A DNA stretch of 64,000 nucleotides from Paraspadella gotoi (lineage: Eukaryota; Animalia; Chaetognatha). A program made the translations under genes and the position numbers. The first letter of the stretch is position 1; every line of letters begins with the position of its first letter. This document shows positions 42,907-57,789 of this stretch, in pieces. The notes under the pieces were generated by a model, which made no database searches, was not told the DNA's origin, and worked only from the letters and a program-made list of their open reading frames with translations. Location: positions 12,129,130 through 12,193,129 of the forward strand of contig CM119263.1 in NCBI GenBank assembly GCA_051294375.1. Reading direction: 5' to 3'.

Positions 42907-42940
<34 letters not shown>

Positions 42941-44858
42941 GCGCCGGAATCTTCAAATATCACAAATTGTTGTTCCACTTATAGAGAATATCGGGATGTT
43001 TTTCATTACAACCATTTTTCCTTTGTTTGTCTATATTTTTACTCTGTGACTTCTACTCACAAATAAATTTCCACTTGATCCTAGATCTTAGATTTTCTTT
43101 TTCTTCAGAGTACTATGTATTACATAGTACGTACTTTGTAAGTTTCATTTTCCTTCCTTATTCGTTTTTCTTAGCTCATTTTTGGAAAAGAAAACTTTTG
43201 TCATAAGAAAACGTAGTGGAAAAAAAAAACAATAAGGCGAAAAGAAAAAAAAACAGCGTCTTCTGCTCATGATTTTAATGAATTGGAATTGAAATAGACA
43301 AATTTACAAATGGAAACAATCCTTTTTTTGAATTAACGTAGAAAACTTGAATCACATTGTGCGATTTGGGGGCCATGTGTAACTAATAGAATTTATCGAA
43401 TTTGATATGACGAAATTAATTTTCTTTAAAATCTAACGTATATTCATTATTTGAACCCAACCATTTTAAAACGCTCTCTCCTCAACTCCAGACCAAGAGT
43501 TTTTTCCGCTTTTTAAAAACCCTCCCTTCTCTTTTAACGTTTCGCTCTTCTCTCCCGAGACGCCAACCGGGGCCTAAGAAATTCAGCTCCGCCCCTCGGC
43601 CCCCAGTCCAAAATACGCTTTCCCTTTCCCCCCCCTCCGAGCTCGACTTAAGGCCTGGAAAACGCGCACGTGCGAGATGAAAGCTGCTTCTTTTCCATGG
43701 GATTCGTTCAAAGAGGGCGTTGGCGACAATCGCGGTGGCGATAGCAAAAAGCAACATTCCCTTTCATTTTTATTAATTCTTACTCCGCGGTCTAACTGAA
43801 TGACGGAAGCGGAATCTAGAAAAAAAAATGTATGACTTTTTATGGTCGAAACATCTCGAGGTGAATGGGCGGGTGAAGATGATGATGATGATGATGATGA
43901 TGCTAATTAGCAAGAGTAGGAGGATAAGGTCAACGTTGGAGAAGGATTTAAAAGAATTAAAAAGCCGAAGGTCGAATGCGTAGGCGTTGGATGTGGAAAA
44001 CGAGATCCGCGGAGAGAAGTGATCAACAAAAGCCTTACGATTAAAATGCTGGTTGGTCCTGGAGCCAATGGGACGAGATTGAAATATTTAAGGAATCGAT
44101 GCTAAGAACGTCAATTTACTTTGTTCTCATATTCTGCTAAAATGATTTGCCTCCGGTTCCAATGCCCCTGTGAATAGTTTCTTCATTTTAATCCAACACC
44201 AAATCATATTTTTTGTCATCATATTAAGCTTTTTTTTAATAACATATGAATTAATAAGTATTCGGAATAAGCGGGCGTAATTATCCTTCTTTATTAGCAA
44301 AAGTGTTCGTTCCCGTGGTTTAACTTTCTCCGTCTGAGTAAAAATATTAACAACTCGACGAATAACGAAGCAGAGATGCGGATTGAAGAGAGAGAGAGAG
44401 AGAGAGGAGAGAAGAGAGAGAGAGAGAGAGAGAGGAGAGAAGGAGAGAGAAGAGAGAGAGAGAAGAGAGAGAGAAGAAGAAGAACAGATAAATAATCCGA
44501 TGTGGGGACAATGTCAACTATGCCGCTTGTTTACGGAATTCGGTAGGAAGAAAAGATTTCGTTGGGAAAAATATCGGCGGCTTAAGCGGAATTTATTTCT
44601 GGTTATATCACGGCGAATCGCGAGGCGCATTCGAAACGCGGCTCTGTTGTGAGAAGTCGTCATAGAAAATATACGAGGGGCCTCCTTTGGCCGGGATAGA
44701 AGCGAGGCTCAACAACAGTTTGATATCACGCGCGCGCGCTCTGACTCGACTCATAGGGAAAGCCCATTCCTTCACTGGCGCACGCGCGCTGCGACGATTG
44801 GTCGGGAGGAGGGACATGAGCTCGTTGATTGGAGAATAGCGCGCGCGCCGATGGCAGC

Positions 44859-44971
<113 letters not shown>

Positions 44972-47900
44972 GCTCCGGCATCCCATACTGCACCATTGAG
45001 GGGCTTTTGCGGATGCGGAAAGGGGAATTATTACAGGTTGGAGGGAAGGAAGAATAGAAAGAAACGAAAGAGAACAGAAAAATCTAAAAACCTCAAGGTA
45101 CAAATTAATAAAATAACATAATATGATAATAATACCTGATCTAAGACATAGGCATCAAATTACTAAAATAACATACTAAGATAATAATAGCTGTTCTAAA
45201 AGTTAGTAGTCGTTTGAAATCCAAAGGATGGAGAGAAGCCAGTAACACTTGGTTCTGTCGATTTTTCCTCAGCCTTTCCATCAGCACAGCCCGTTTTATG
45301 ATGAAGGGATTACGCTCGCTCCAAAGAATGACCACAAAGTTGGAAGGACACATTAATCAGTAATAATTATCTGTTTTTGAATTTTTTATCCGATGTTGCT
45401 TGGAATTGGTAAATAAATCAAGCATATAATTCTGACGGCGATTTTCTTTTTTTCATAGAAAGAACAAAAATTTAATTTCTATTAAATAGTTACAAGTGCT
45501 AGAACTAATAAGGCCCGCTTTTTTTCACGACTTGACTTCCTTTTTCTCTACGGCGCCCATTCCGTCCAGCGCCCGAAAGCGGCGCCTTTTCCCAAAGCCG
45601 GCGACACGAGACTAAACCCGGCGCCGGGAAGCGAATATTAACCGCCTCTCATTGGATCCGTTCCACATTGCCGTACAATTGTTTTTTTCAACGGTTTTTA
45701 ATTAAGCAAATCTAAAAAAAAAGAATTTTAAAAAACTCTGTGGCAATTTTTAAATCCAAATTACCTCACTTATATAACTCTCGAAGGTTGTTAATAACGG
45801 CGGTAGTTAAGCAGTGTCACTTTGCAAAGATTGCAAAGTGAAGTTCGATGTTCGGTGGCCTGATCAAAGCTTCATATTCAATACTCAGTAGTCAGTATAT
45901 TCTTATTTTGTTTAAATGATTTCACGTTTAAATCTCACATAAAGTCTTTCCCCAATCGAACCCTCACTCACCCCAAACAAAAAGGCGTTTTAAAGTCCCG
46001 TCTACATAAAATTCCGCCTCATCCGTCTCAACCGAAAACACTGGCGACATTTCACGTCGTCGCAGACAAAAATCAAGAATCTGATCTTTGACTTTTCTTC
46101 CACTGCGATTCCATCATTCTAAATCAAAAGCCGCGAAATGTAAACGATGGCGACCGATGTAACGACATCTCTCTCGCTTTCTCTTCACTCCTCTTCTCTC
46201 CTCTTCTCTTCTCTTTTCTTCTCTTCTAAAAAAAGCTGAGACTGCTTTTTTTTTTACATTTAATTTTTTTACATAATATTAGGTACATCTTTAGTCATTT
46301 TTCTCAATCTCCAATCCTTTTGTCGTATGACATTGAGAAATATTAGCCTCAAAACTAAAGACTTGGTTTTTCCTCCTTTTTTTCCCCATTTCGCTTCCAT
46401 CTGGATTCATTTAGCTCACGTTTTTCAAATCTTGTTGAGTCTCCCCTTTTTTATATTTGTTTATTCTTTCTTCGTCTTTCATTCCCGAATGTTTCCATTG
46501 CAGCTCTGTCTCTCAGACGCTCTCCTTTCATATTAATTCCGACTCTTTCATTTTTATCATTTCCTCGTTCTCTCGCCCTTATTTCCGCCTCAGGAATGAT
46601 TTTTAAGCATTATTACTTTTTCGATTTAAATTTATTGATTATTCTTATTCTTTCGCCTTTTTCGTTCACTCCTTCTCATTTCATTACCTCTTAATCTTAT
46701 GCTTTATTCCTCAATATTCTCCGAATTTCACTAGATTTATCGCGGTCTCGCTATCTCCTTAACCCTGTAATCATCATAGTAAATAGCATACCTTTTTAAC
46801 GATTGAAAAAGCTTTCTTTACTTTTTTTTGCCATAAATATTTTATTTTTTAGTTTTTCTTGCCATGTATTCAGAATTTACAGCTGTCCAAACTTGCGTAA
46901 TTTAATGAACACTGACTGTCTCCCTGTCTCCCTGTCTCCCTTTCTCCCTGTCTCCCCAGCTCGTCTCTCTCTACTCTGTCTCTCTCTCTCTTTCACTCTC
47001 TCTCAGACGATCCATTCTTCCGTGGTTAAAAAGGCGAGATGCGAATCTAATCTGAGACTCACTTAACAATCCTTACGCTTCCCTCATATTATTCCTTAAT
47101 TAAAATTCAAGAAAGTAATCAGAAAGATTTAGTTCACAGAAAAATAAAGAAAAAGTAAGCAAAAAAACAAAAAGGAAGGAAAGCTCGGGAAAGAAACTGA
47201 ACTTGAATCTAAGACAGAATTTTTTTATAAATATAAATTGTGAATTTCACAAACTTTTGTATGTAATTTAAATCTGCCATCAAAGATATTTTTAAAGAAT
47301 TTTAAACTTGTTTAATTTGGTTCAGCTCTGGGCAACCAATCTAATCTAAAATAAGAAACGAAGACGTTAGGAATCACGAAACCAAAGAGAGAGAGATCAA
47401 CGAAAGGGAATCGTCAAGCAAAATTGCAAACGACGCAGCGTTGACGTGACGGAGATTGGCAAAAGGCAAAAGGTCTGTATCCCGCGTCGTTATGCAAATT
47501 GGATTTTTCTCCATTTCGCCGACATTTTCGCTCGTTTGAGTCTCGGAAAGGATAGTGATTTTGGGTTTATATTAGTAGCGTGTTTGCCGTTTTTATGGGC
47601 GACAAGATAAGAGTCCCAACACTAAGAGAAGACAAGTTTAATTTTTTTTTAAATCTAAATTTTGAAAACTATTTTAATATGTATGTTCAGTTGTTTATAA
47701 TTTTAAACAAGAAATTACCAAAGAGGTCAGACGGGATTGAGTAGGTTAACTGAAAGTGAAAATCTATAGTGGGATTAACGAATGAGGAAAGAATTTAAAT
47801 TCAAATATGTACGTAGTAAAGTCTCTAAAAATATGGGAATACACGACAAAATATTGCTTAAAAACGTTTATGGAGATTAAATAAAGGGGAAAAATAGAAA

Positions 47901-48295
47901 CAGGGAAGAAAACATGGTGGGAAAAGAAAGAAAACTAAAAAGGAAAAAACCATTCAAATTCTGGATTGGGGAGACAATGAGAAAATACAGGAAGATGAGG
48001 AAAAATAAAAAAAATATTTATTAGAATATATATAAGAAATATATACAAGAAATATCTACAATAATTACTATTATTATTATTACTATTATTATTATTTCTT
48101 ATTTTTTATAATAAACATTTATAATAACGTATAGACGATAAGAACAGTTGTTGGATTCTAAGCCAACGCATTAGATTTATTTTGATCTCATTTGTTTCTG
48201 TCAATTTTTTAAACTAATTGCGGCTAAAGAATCCTAAGATTAAATTGCGTCATTAAAAGCCGGTTCCCATTCTCCATTTTTTTCCCTTTCCTCAC

Positions 48296-48560
48296 ATTTC
48301 ATTTTCTGACAATTTTTTCCTTTCTCTTCCGTCTCCTCAAACAAACAACGACGACGACATCTAGCGGATCAACAACGAAAACACGACGTAGACGATATGA
48401 AGCCGCGAGGCGCGTCTCCCATTGTGCGCCATCGATGCAGTCAAGGACGGGGACTGGTGGGGAGAGGAGGCCAGTTACGTCGGCCCGCGCGTTTATCTTT
48501 GTCTGAGCAATTAACCAAGACCTTTTCACGAGCGCTGACGGATGCGACTCTCTGTAAGCC
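48296..48560 (-). other. Candidate first exon of Shank, ending ATG AAA T|gtgag
   Basis: The phase-1 donor joins exon 41109 in frame (MKCKRRVGHG...). It lies under a CpG-rich, GA-repeat promoter-like region (48350-49020). The 5' boundary is a guess. Confidence 0.35.
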
Positions 48561-48590
48561 TGTATGCGATCAACACTTTCAATATCTCTT

Positions 48591-48645
<55 letters not shown>

Positions 48646-49707
48646 CATCCCGTCTCAGGCGCGGTGATCGCGCGCAGCAGTCTATGGCATCGCATAGCAC
48701 GCGCAATGGGCACGCCTCCTATCTTCTTCCTCCTCCTCATGTTTCCTCTTCTCTCTCTTTTCCCTTAACGCTCTATGGTGTTCATGGTGCATGAAGGAAG
48801 GCACGTGCTTACACTTTCTCTCTTCTCAGTCTCTCTCTCTCTTCCTCTCTGCTCTCTCCTCTCTCTCTCTTGCTCCTCTCTCTCTTCTCGTCTCTCTCTC
48901 TCTTCCTCATCACTTTCTATCTCTCATCTCCAGCCTGTGGCTAGTCAAAGAGACTCCCAGGGGCTGCCTGGCAACGGCGTGTAGGCGTCTCGTTGCCAAG
49001 GAAACCGCCGTGGTGACGTAGGAGTTACATTTTTAAAAACGAACGATTGTGGCAAAAGAGTAAAACGCAGCGGTGAAGAGGTTAAACAAAGGAGATGTTA
49101 ACGATTATTAAATGATTTAGTAGCGAGCGTAAATATTCATCCTAATTTATGAATATATGTCTGTCTCTCTCTCNNNNNNNNNNCTCCCTCACGCCCACCT
49201 GTGTTAAATTAGAATCGTAGTTTCCATTTTGTGTTTCGTTTTCCAATGACAAATCGGAGCCTTATCTTTCATAGCAGCCAAGTTCCATCGCTGAACTCCA
49301 GACAAATTTTTGTCGATGGAATGAAAATTGTTTTTCTCTTCATTTTCGATGACCCCGTTAGCCTAGAGGGTTGAACGAGTAGTTGAGCTATTTCCTCATT
49401 TTTGTGAGTTTTGGTTGACCGATAAATCAAACAAAAAATTTATATGATCCGTCCCTGCGATATGATTGGATTGGATCGAGAGAGCGAATGGCTGATTGGA
49501 GGGAGGAAGCTTCGTGTCGCGGCTGTCGACGGCGACATCTGCAACTGACGAGGAAGGAAATCGGGAATTGACGCCGTGACGAACGATGGAGGAAAAAGAA
49601 AAAAAGGTGATGAAGCAAGTTTACCAAGGAATTCTCAGCTCTCAGACGTCGATAGTCGCCGGGGGTTGACGTTTCGCGTCAAAGCGCACGATTTTCCAAC
49701 GACGTCA

Positions 49708-49804
<97 letters not shown>

Positions 49805-50142
49805 GAAGTGACGCGGGCGAGATTGTTCTTTCACGCCAAATTCGAAATTCGAAAGTGCGAGGAAACAAAATGTCTCAAAAAAGGCACGCTCTATTTGAAA
49901 TCGAGATGACGGGAACGATTTAGGTGAAAAAATGGCGCGACTAATCAATTACTGAACGTGCAACACCACGATTGTTTTCAAAACAGGGATGGCTTACGAT
50001 CTGATGACACATTGTTTATTTTACTGCTTGAATCTCTCGCTCGAGGCTCTAGGAAATGGCGACGACTAATAGGAAAGAAACGAAGACGAAAAACGCTGAG
50101 AAACTGAGACTGATTTACGACGTCAGCCTTTAGATGTCAGGT

Positions 50143-50412
50143 CGTTGGCGAGACGATGGCGCAGTGGTGGCTCGACGTTGTCGAGACAATGGCGCAGTGA
50201 TGGCTCGATGTTGGCGAGACAATGGCGCAGTGATGGCTCGACGTTGTCGACACAATGGCGCAGTGAGGGCTTGATGTTGGCGAGACAATGGCGCAGTGAT
50301 GGCTCGACGTTGTCAAGACATTGGCGTAGTGAAGTCTCGACGTTGTCTAGATGATGGCGCAGTGATGCTCGACGTTGTCGAGACATTGGCGCAGTGAAGG
50401 CTCGATGTTGGC
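50143..50412. repeat. 33-bp GC-rich minisatellite, ~8 units
   Basis: Unit gttgtcgagacaatggcgcagtgatggctcgac with a ctcgac-gtt-gtcgag hairpin across unit junctions. No unique spacers. Confidence 0.9.
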
Positions 50413-51401
50413 ATTCCCATTTTTTTCAACATTGCGATTTTTTTTCTCGCGGAGAATCTCGCGATTTTCCCAAAAATGTTCGCTTAAGTTTTAAAGAAGC
50501 AGAGGGGAGGGTGGAGTGGCAGATGGATTGGCGGCTGGAATGTCGGTCGGAGTTGTGAGGGTGATTTGGTAACGATGAGTCCGACGTGGGGCCGTTCCAA
50601 AGCAAACTCTCGATCATCACCCGGCGAAGTTATGGCGAACAATTCAATTGTCTGGCTTTAATGGGGTCGGGAGGGGTGGACAAAGAGGAGGAGCGAAGGG
50701 GAAAAGTCTGACGACACCACGATTCTGTTGAAGGAAATAGAATTTAATGTATTAGGCATTAGTAAAAGAAAATAAAAATAGCAAAGAACAAAAATTAGTT
50801 CTACTTAAGGAAGAGGTCGACGTTAACGGATTTTTTGGCGTTGTAGTATTGTTGACCATTTCCTTTCACTTTCTTTCACTGTCTCACTGTCTCGCTCTCT
50901 ATTTTACTCTTCTATCTTTATAAATCTTACCGCTCGTTCCCTTTGCTTTCCGTTCTTGAAGTCTCGCTTGGACTCAATTGAAATTTTTCTGTTTTCATTT
51001 TTTTTCCCTCATTTTTTCTTTCACTCCCCTACATCCCTCCACGTCTCACTTTGAGAAAAGAAAAATAAAATATGCCCACTCTTTTTTCCTTCTTTTTTCA
51101 TTCTTTTTTTCTTCTTTTTTCCTTCTTTTTTCCTTCTTTTTTTCTTCTTTTTTCCTTCTTTTTTCCTTCTTTTTTTTTGGCTGAGTCTCACATAACGTAA
51201 ATTCCCCCGTCGCTACTTCAACCGACGCAGCAGTCACTTTTTCTCTTTGGACGTGTCTCGCTAAAATTCACGAAGTGGCGTGACCTAATTTTACTCAAAT
51301 TCTATGACTAAATCGTAATCACTATTCACAATTCTTGAAATTTAAATACGAAGAATATCTTTTTGTGAACATTATATACCGTCGGGATCAAGGCAGAGAT
51401 G

Positions 51402-51484
<83 letters not shown>

Positions 51485-51687
51485 GGAAATAACCGATACT
51501 CGATGGTTTTATCTTTGTCAGGTAAAATAGAACTAAGTGGTATAATGTGGTATGATATAATACAAATATAATACTAATATAAACTATACTTTACTTTATT
51601 AAATAATAATTAAATCGAGCACCAATGCTTTTAAAAACTAAAGATATACTCAGATTCATAGGGAGAGAAGCAGAAAGAGGGAGACAA

Positions 51688-51744
<57 letters not shown>

Positions 51745-52099
51745 CAGACAGAGACTCCGGTACAGATTAGTAGATACTAGATAGGATCGGACTTCCGAGT
51801 CTGCTGCTTTTGGCACCCAATGACGTCTGGGTCGTCTTGAGGTTTTTTGGTCTAATCAGGAACGTATAAAACCTTAAGAGCGACTCCCTCTTTATCTCGT
51901 CCCCTTTGTATCAAAGAGTGTGTAGACGACGAGAGAAAAAAAATAAATAGAAGGGAAAAAAAAAGAGCGAAGCAGAAAAATAAAGAGCGAAAAAGTCCCT
52001 TTTGTTTTTGTAATTGTCGCAATAAAGAAATTATAAAAAAGTCCGTTCTATTCACGTATTTTCTTTTTCTTAAGAGACAGAATAATTGTAATAAGTGAT

Positions 52100-52240
52100 A
52101 ATACCGTTCAATATAAGCAGTCGCTAACTGCGAACCAGGCTGAAACAGGCTGTTACAGGCGAGTAAAGCGCCCCGTCCCTCCCTTTCCCTCCCCGTCCCA
52201 CCAACGGCCGCTGATGAACGGTTGGTGGATTTTGGTCCAC
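52100..52240 (-). mobile_element. SINE family A copy (degenerate)
   Basis: Reverse complement shares ggtggac..aaaat..caccaacc, cagcggcc, gggacggggcgctt and ctgcttatattgaac with 736-965. Confidence 0.55.
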
Positions 52241-52667
52241 CTTACTTGATAAATTTCTCATCTTTGGTGATTATTAAACCCGATCAAGTATGAATCTCGT
52301 CGGTTAGTTCTGATGTTAGATTTTTTATTGACGAGAAAACGGTGAGTTTCATGCCGCCTTCTAAAAGTTCATTCTGAATGCGTCGCACAAATTTGGAAAT
52401 AGACTAGTGGTCTATTCATCACGAACGCGTCTCACAAATCAGTGAAAAGACTCTCCTTTCACCTTCGCGGGCGTCGACGAGAAAGCGACGCGCCGCCGAC
52501 GCGCCTTCCCGGATTAATAGCCTCGTTTCCATGGCGATTTACGACCCTGGTGTGAGATCACCTCTTCAAACGTGTTGGAATAACGTTTTGGACGTAATTG
52601 CAAATCTTTTAGGGGTGACCATGAGACAATTTTTTTTTAAATTAGGGTGACAGGTAATAACTTTTAC

Positions 52668-52867
52668 TGTATGGCAACGGGGAGACGTGTGTTATGCCGG
52701 GATGTGAGGCATCTCACACCCCGACCCTTTAGAACTGCAGTGACCACCGCAGGTAACTGGCGATTCTATGGCGACACAATCACACTTAACAAGCATCACC
52801 GCAAGTGGATTGAACCCCGAACTCATGGTAGGTGAACGAGTAGTTAGCGATCCAAGACATACGGGAA
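52668..52867 (-). mobile_element. SINE family C, near full-length copy
   Basis: Reverse complement is colinear with 21929-22142, including the B box and 3' end. Confidence 0.62.
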
Positions 52868-54086
52868 GGAAATTTATGATTCGCCACAACTGCTTCATAA
52901 GTGCGCACGAATATTTTTTTTTTTATTTCGGCACACATGTCGTGCGTTTGAGGCTTTTCTTTCCGTTTGGCATTGAATGGCGGAGTCGGAAAGGGTACCG
53001 TAGAGCGTTTGGTGGCGTTTCCGACGCGTAAATTGAAATAAATCACGTGGTAACCGCCTTTACCTCGAGCATTCTGGGGAAAGAAAACCTCTGAAACGTC
53101 AGAGGAAAAAAAAATAAAACAGAGGAGTGTCGAGAAGCGAAAACAACGAGATCGTGAATACGTAGGGGATCAAGGAAAAATAATATACCGTGAGTTTAGC
53201 GCATTTTTAAATTGAAACAAGTTGAACGAAGAGTTGGGAGACGTTAGCAGTGCTGTCGATCGTTTTAACTTTTCACTTTTCTTTCCATTTTCCTTTCTTT
53301 TTCTCCGTCTTTGCAGCGCATTTATCTTTTCAACACTTTCTTTCAATACCTTTCTCTCACTTCATACTTTATTCTCTACTATACTCTCCACTCTCTACTT
53401 TACATTGTATAAAGTATATTGTATAATGGAGAAAGAACAATTAAAATAGAGAAAATAAAAAGACAGGATATTGATATATATTTAAAAAATAAATATATTA
53501 TATAAATAAAATTCGGCGCGAAAAAATTTGGCTTTTTAACGCGATTAGGAAAACAAAGAGAGTCATGCAAAAACAATCATATGCGACCAGAGTGAACAAG
53601 CATATGTAAGCAAAAGGAGACGATAGCTGAAACCTAAGGGTTTTTTGTCAGATCGTTTTTTTGAATCGGAAGAATTTGCTGATCGATAAGTCGGTAAATG
53701 CTGGGTTTCGACATCAGGCAATAATATGGTTAAGTCGTTAAAATACTGTGAAAGTTCGTTCTCTGACAAAAAAGTATAAGAGTGCAGGGAATAAGAGAAG
53801 CCACTGTTGTCTCGGTGACTGGAATACAACTGTAAAACGACTTTGCTCAGGAAGAGATTGAGAAAGTTCACATTATACGTTTTAAAATGTTAACTATGAG
53901 TAAAAAAGATATATGTGAAATCCTTTTCTAAAGGAGAGAAAGTAATTTACATAAAGACAAAAAGAAGCTTAAGATTGATGTTATGCTGACGTTGAAGTTT
54001 ATCCATAGACACAGTCACGCAGGTGGTGTAACGCAGGGACGTAGAGGCGTGTAGGCCCTGTAGGGTGTTGTGGTAGTATCCCACAC

Positions 54087-54170
54087 TCTTCACAACCCTG
54101 AGAGTTGTGATATTCATCAGCGTCGATTCCAATTTATTCTTCGCATCTTCCGCCCCTGGCCTCCCTACGC
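54087..54170 (-). repeat. ~75-bp interspersed element; inverted copy at 56448-56520
   Basis: ggggcggaagatgcgaagaataaattggaatcgacgctgatgaat is identical in both copies. Confidence 0.75.
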
Positions 54171-55356
54171 AGGGACGCACACAAGTAAGCGAGATGGGGT
54201 GTCTAACCTTTCTAACCTTTTTAAAGTACGGGACCTTGTGTGCAACGGACGATGAACTGCTCACGGCAACGTCTTCCACTCGGGGAAGAAAAACCTATGA
54301 AAAACCTAACTCAATTTACTAAACGTAATATAAAACTGCTCGCCACTGATAAAACAGACTAAGGAGAATTATCAATTAAACTAAACGACCAAATTTTCGT
54401 AGTTGTCAGATCTGAGGGGACGCCTGAAATAGAAGACCAAGACTAAGTGTGATAAATGACCGAGAAAATGGTCTCGCGATCATAAAAAAAAGTTGAGAAT
54501 GATGAAGAAGGGTGGCGAAGCGACATAGGTAGGACCGTAGGAGACTTTCAATAATATTAGTAGTAATAAAGAACAGGGAATTCTTGCGAGACGGTATTAT
54601 AAAAAATCACATAAAACGTTGAAAGATTTGTCACATTGTATGGAAATGAGATGGAAAGGAAAGGTTATCAAAAAGAAAGGAAAGAGAAGGCGGAAGGAAT
54701 AAATTTATTTTAGTTCGGAATATAAAGATAATGTAAAACCACAGAGTTCATACAAAGGAATATCGTTTTTCTCTAAAAGAAATAGCAATGAATGTGGCTT
54801 TGCAAGCATCTTGCTTAGTAGATTTAGTTTATAAATCTGGTACGCTTCTGCAAGCATCTTGCGTGACGAAAAAATTGTAAAAGTTTTATTGGAAACCTTT
54901 TGTTTTTTCTCCGTAATTCGTAATTGAAAGTCACATTATGATATTATTATAAATATAATTATAAAAATAAAACGATAAAAAGTTTTGAGGAAAAGAAAAA
55001 CCGAAAACTGAAAATACTAATGTAAATAAGAAAAGCGAAAAACAATTAAAATTAAACTAATTCAAATTATATTTTTTGTATTTTTTATAGATTAAAAAAG
55101 ATTAAATCCAAAAAATGAGTATTAATGATGATTGATGAATGATGATATGATTTTTTTTTCATTTTTCATATAAAAAATAAGGTCCATTGTGGACATTTGG
55201 GTGCCCAAAGGCCACTTGCCTTGTTTTCTGGAAGCTTTTTGCCAATAAATTGTCCTGGTTTTAGTAAGGAAATGTTTCGGGACCTTCGGGTTTGATGTAT
55301 AGGAAAGTGAGTGAGTGAGTGAGTGAGTGAGTGAGTGAGTGTGTTAGGAAGTAGGA

Positions 55357-55396
<40 letters not shown>

Positions 55397-56660
55397 TTTG
55401 CAAGGGTGTTTGGCTCTAATCGGCGCCGCGGAGATTTTCTCTTCTCTCTTCTCGTCGACCTTCAATTTTATTTTTTGATGGAGGTCGAATATAAAAAGTG
55501 ACCGCACTACATTTTAAGGGTCCTGATTCAATAAAATCTCCAAAAAATGTTGACCGAATTTTTATTAATTCTCATCAGATTTAACTTTTTAATACTTAAT
55601 ATAATTTTAACAGAAAGTAAATAGTTTTTCATCCTTTCGTCATAACTTTTTCTTTTCGTTCCATTAAATTAGGTAATATCCACAATAAGAAGTTAGGACA
55701 GTTTATGGTTTTTCTCCCTGACTCCGAATTGGCGAACGCGAAAAAAAAAGGAACAGTGAAAGGAATTCAGGATTCGTTGTGCGTTGCATAAATGTTTTGC
55801 TGAAACACGGACTATTTTTTTCCCCCAAACGCAGGTTTAGGTCCCCGTTTATGTGTTAACAAATAGTTGACAGACGCTCCGCACATCGCATACTCGGACA
55901 TTCGTCGGTTATCCAATATCGCACTAACGTCCAAATTTGACTCGATCACATTTTTTCGCCACATAGAGTAAAAAATTAACAATTTTAAACTTTAAAACGG
56001 ATGTGACAGTCATGTGGGCGAGAGTGGTGACGTTTTGTAAAAGCGATAATCGCGACGACAACGACATGGCGAGAATTTTCACACCGGACGTGACGGGAAT
56101 GGAAAACAAACGCGCGGAGAAAATTTATCCAGAGAGGCTCACGAGCAAAAAATAAAATAAAATCCTGAAAAAAAAGAGAAAAAAAGAAGAAAAAAACTGT
56201 TGGTTTTATTTTTTGTCGGCACCGTTTATAATTTCATGTTTATTTTTTTTAGTTTGAGTCTCTCTTCGAATTTGAGATCAGTTCCCCAGTTTTTTTCCCC
56301 GGAACCTTCTTTGGCTCTCGGCTTTGGCGGCGCGCGCGCGCGTGAGGCCACGCGCACGGTCTCGCGCCTTTGAAGTCAGCAACAGTTGCCGCTCGTCTCC
56401 TCCCACCGGTTGAGAGAGGAGAGAATGACGTCCTCGCCATGGAAGAGAGCGCAGGGAAGCCTGGGGCGGAAGATGCGAAGAATAAATTGGAATCGACGCT
56501 GATGAATCTCACAACTGTCAAAGTATTCGGTTTATGTACGCGTATTCGTTATCTATATTAGTTACACTTATTTTATCCCTCACTTTATCCAATTCCGTCC
56601 TCAAAATCCACGGTCACGTATTGAGGCGAGTTACTTTTAAATTCTCTGCTCTCTCATCTC

Positions 56661-56716
<56 letters not shown>

Positions 56717-56995
56717 CTCTCTCCATCTCAATAGAAAGAGTGGCGCGACGCAGCTTCCCTTTACTGCCAATAGGAAACGCTCCGCAAATTGGAAGCGTGT
56801 CATGGACCAATTGAAGACAAGCTTTTATGGCAAAGAACCAATTCGACGTCGTCAATTGCGTAAAGATTTTAACCAATCGGGCAGCAAGACGACAATCCCA
56901 GTCATGTAGTACTAGGCCCTCGGGCATGACCTACGCAAGGTTACTTATCCCATGGAGGAACTAATTGGGATAGATAAGGGTTTGGAGGCTAAGAG

Positions 56996-57077
<82 letters not shown>

Positions 57078-57789
57078 TAATGAATTAAGAAGGATCTTCG
57101 AGATTACAGTGGAGCTAATTAAGAAAGAAAAATAAATAAACAACGAAGCATAATTGTTTTTTCAGGGTTATTTTTCCTCCATTTTAAAATCTTAAAAATC
57201 TACAAGTTCCGGCATAATATAATAATATAACTACTTCAACTACTACAGATTTCCTTTCCATGAAATTCTAACTCAAATTAACGTTAATATTTTTAATAGA
57301 GACACCTTTCAAAATCTGAGATAGCGGAGAAATGGTATGTCTGTGATGACTTGTCTGTCTCTTTAACTATTTTTCTTTAAAAAAAAATAAAGAAAAGAGT
57401 AAATCTAACTATACGATTATAGATTTATTTTAAAATGGTCTATAGACCGATTAGCTAAACGATCAGTTGACATCCTTGGTTACTTTACTGCCCGTATCAT
57501 TTTTAATTCATTGACAATTGTAATAGGCGATGGAAACAAAGTTAATAATTAATTCTTTAAACAGCCAACACCTCATCATCCAAACGACGCAAAAAAAAGT
57601 AAAACTAACAATCAAAACAAAAAGAACGAAAAAAATATTATCACATAGTTAAAATCCGTTCGTCGAAAAAAAAAATACTTAAGACGTCGAATTTTTGGTC
57701 GAATCGATGCAATCATTTGTCATTGAAATCATAGTCTTAACAGTCGACGTTTCGGGATCTTCCAAATTAACGAAGCTGTTCGATGAAGA

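Noticed and set aside
50143-50412. CRISPR-like array of palindromic 33-bp repeats
   Set aside because: Units are contiguous with no unique spacers, there are no cas genes, and the context is eukaryotic. It is a minisatellite.
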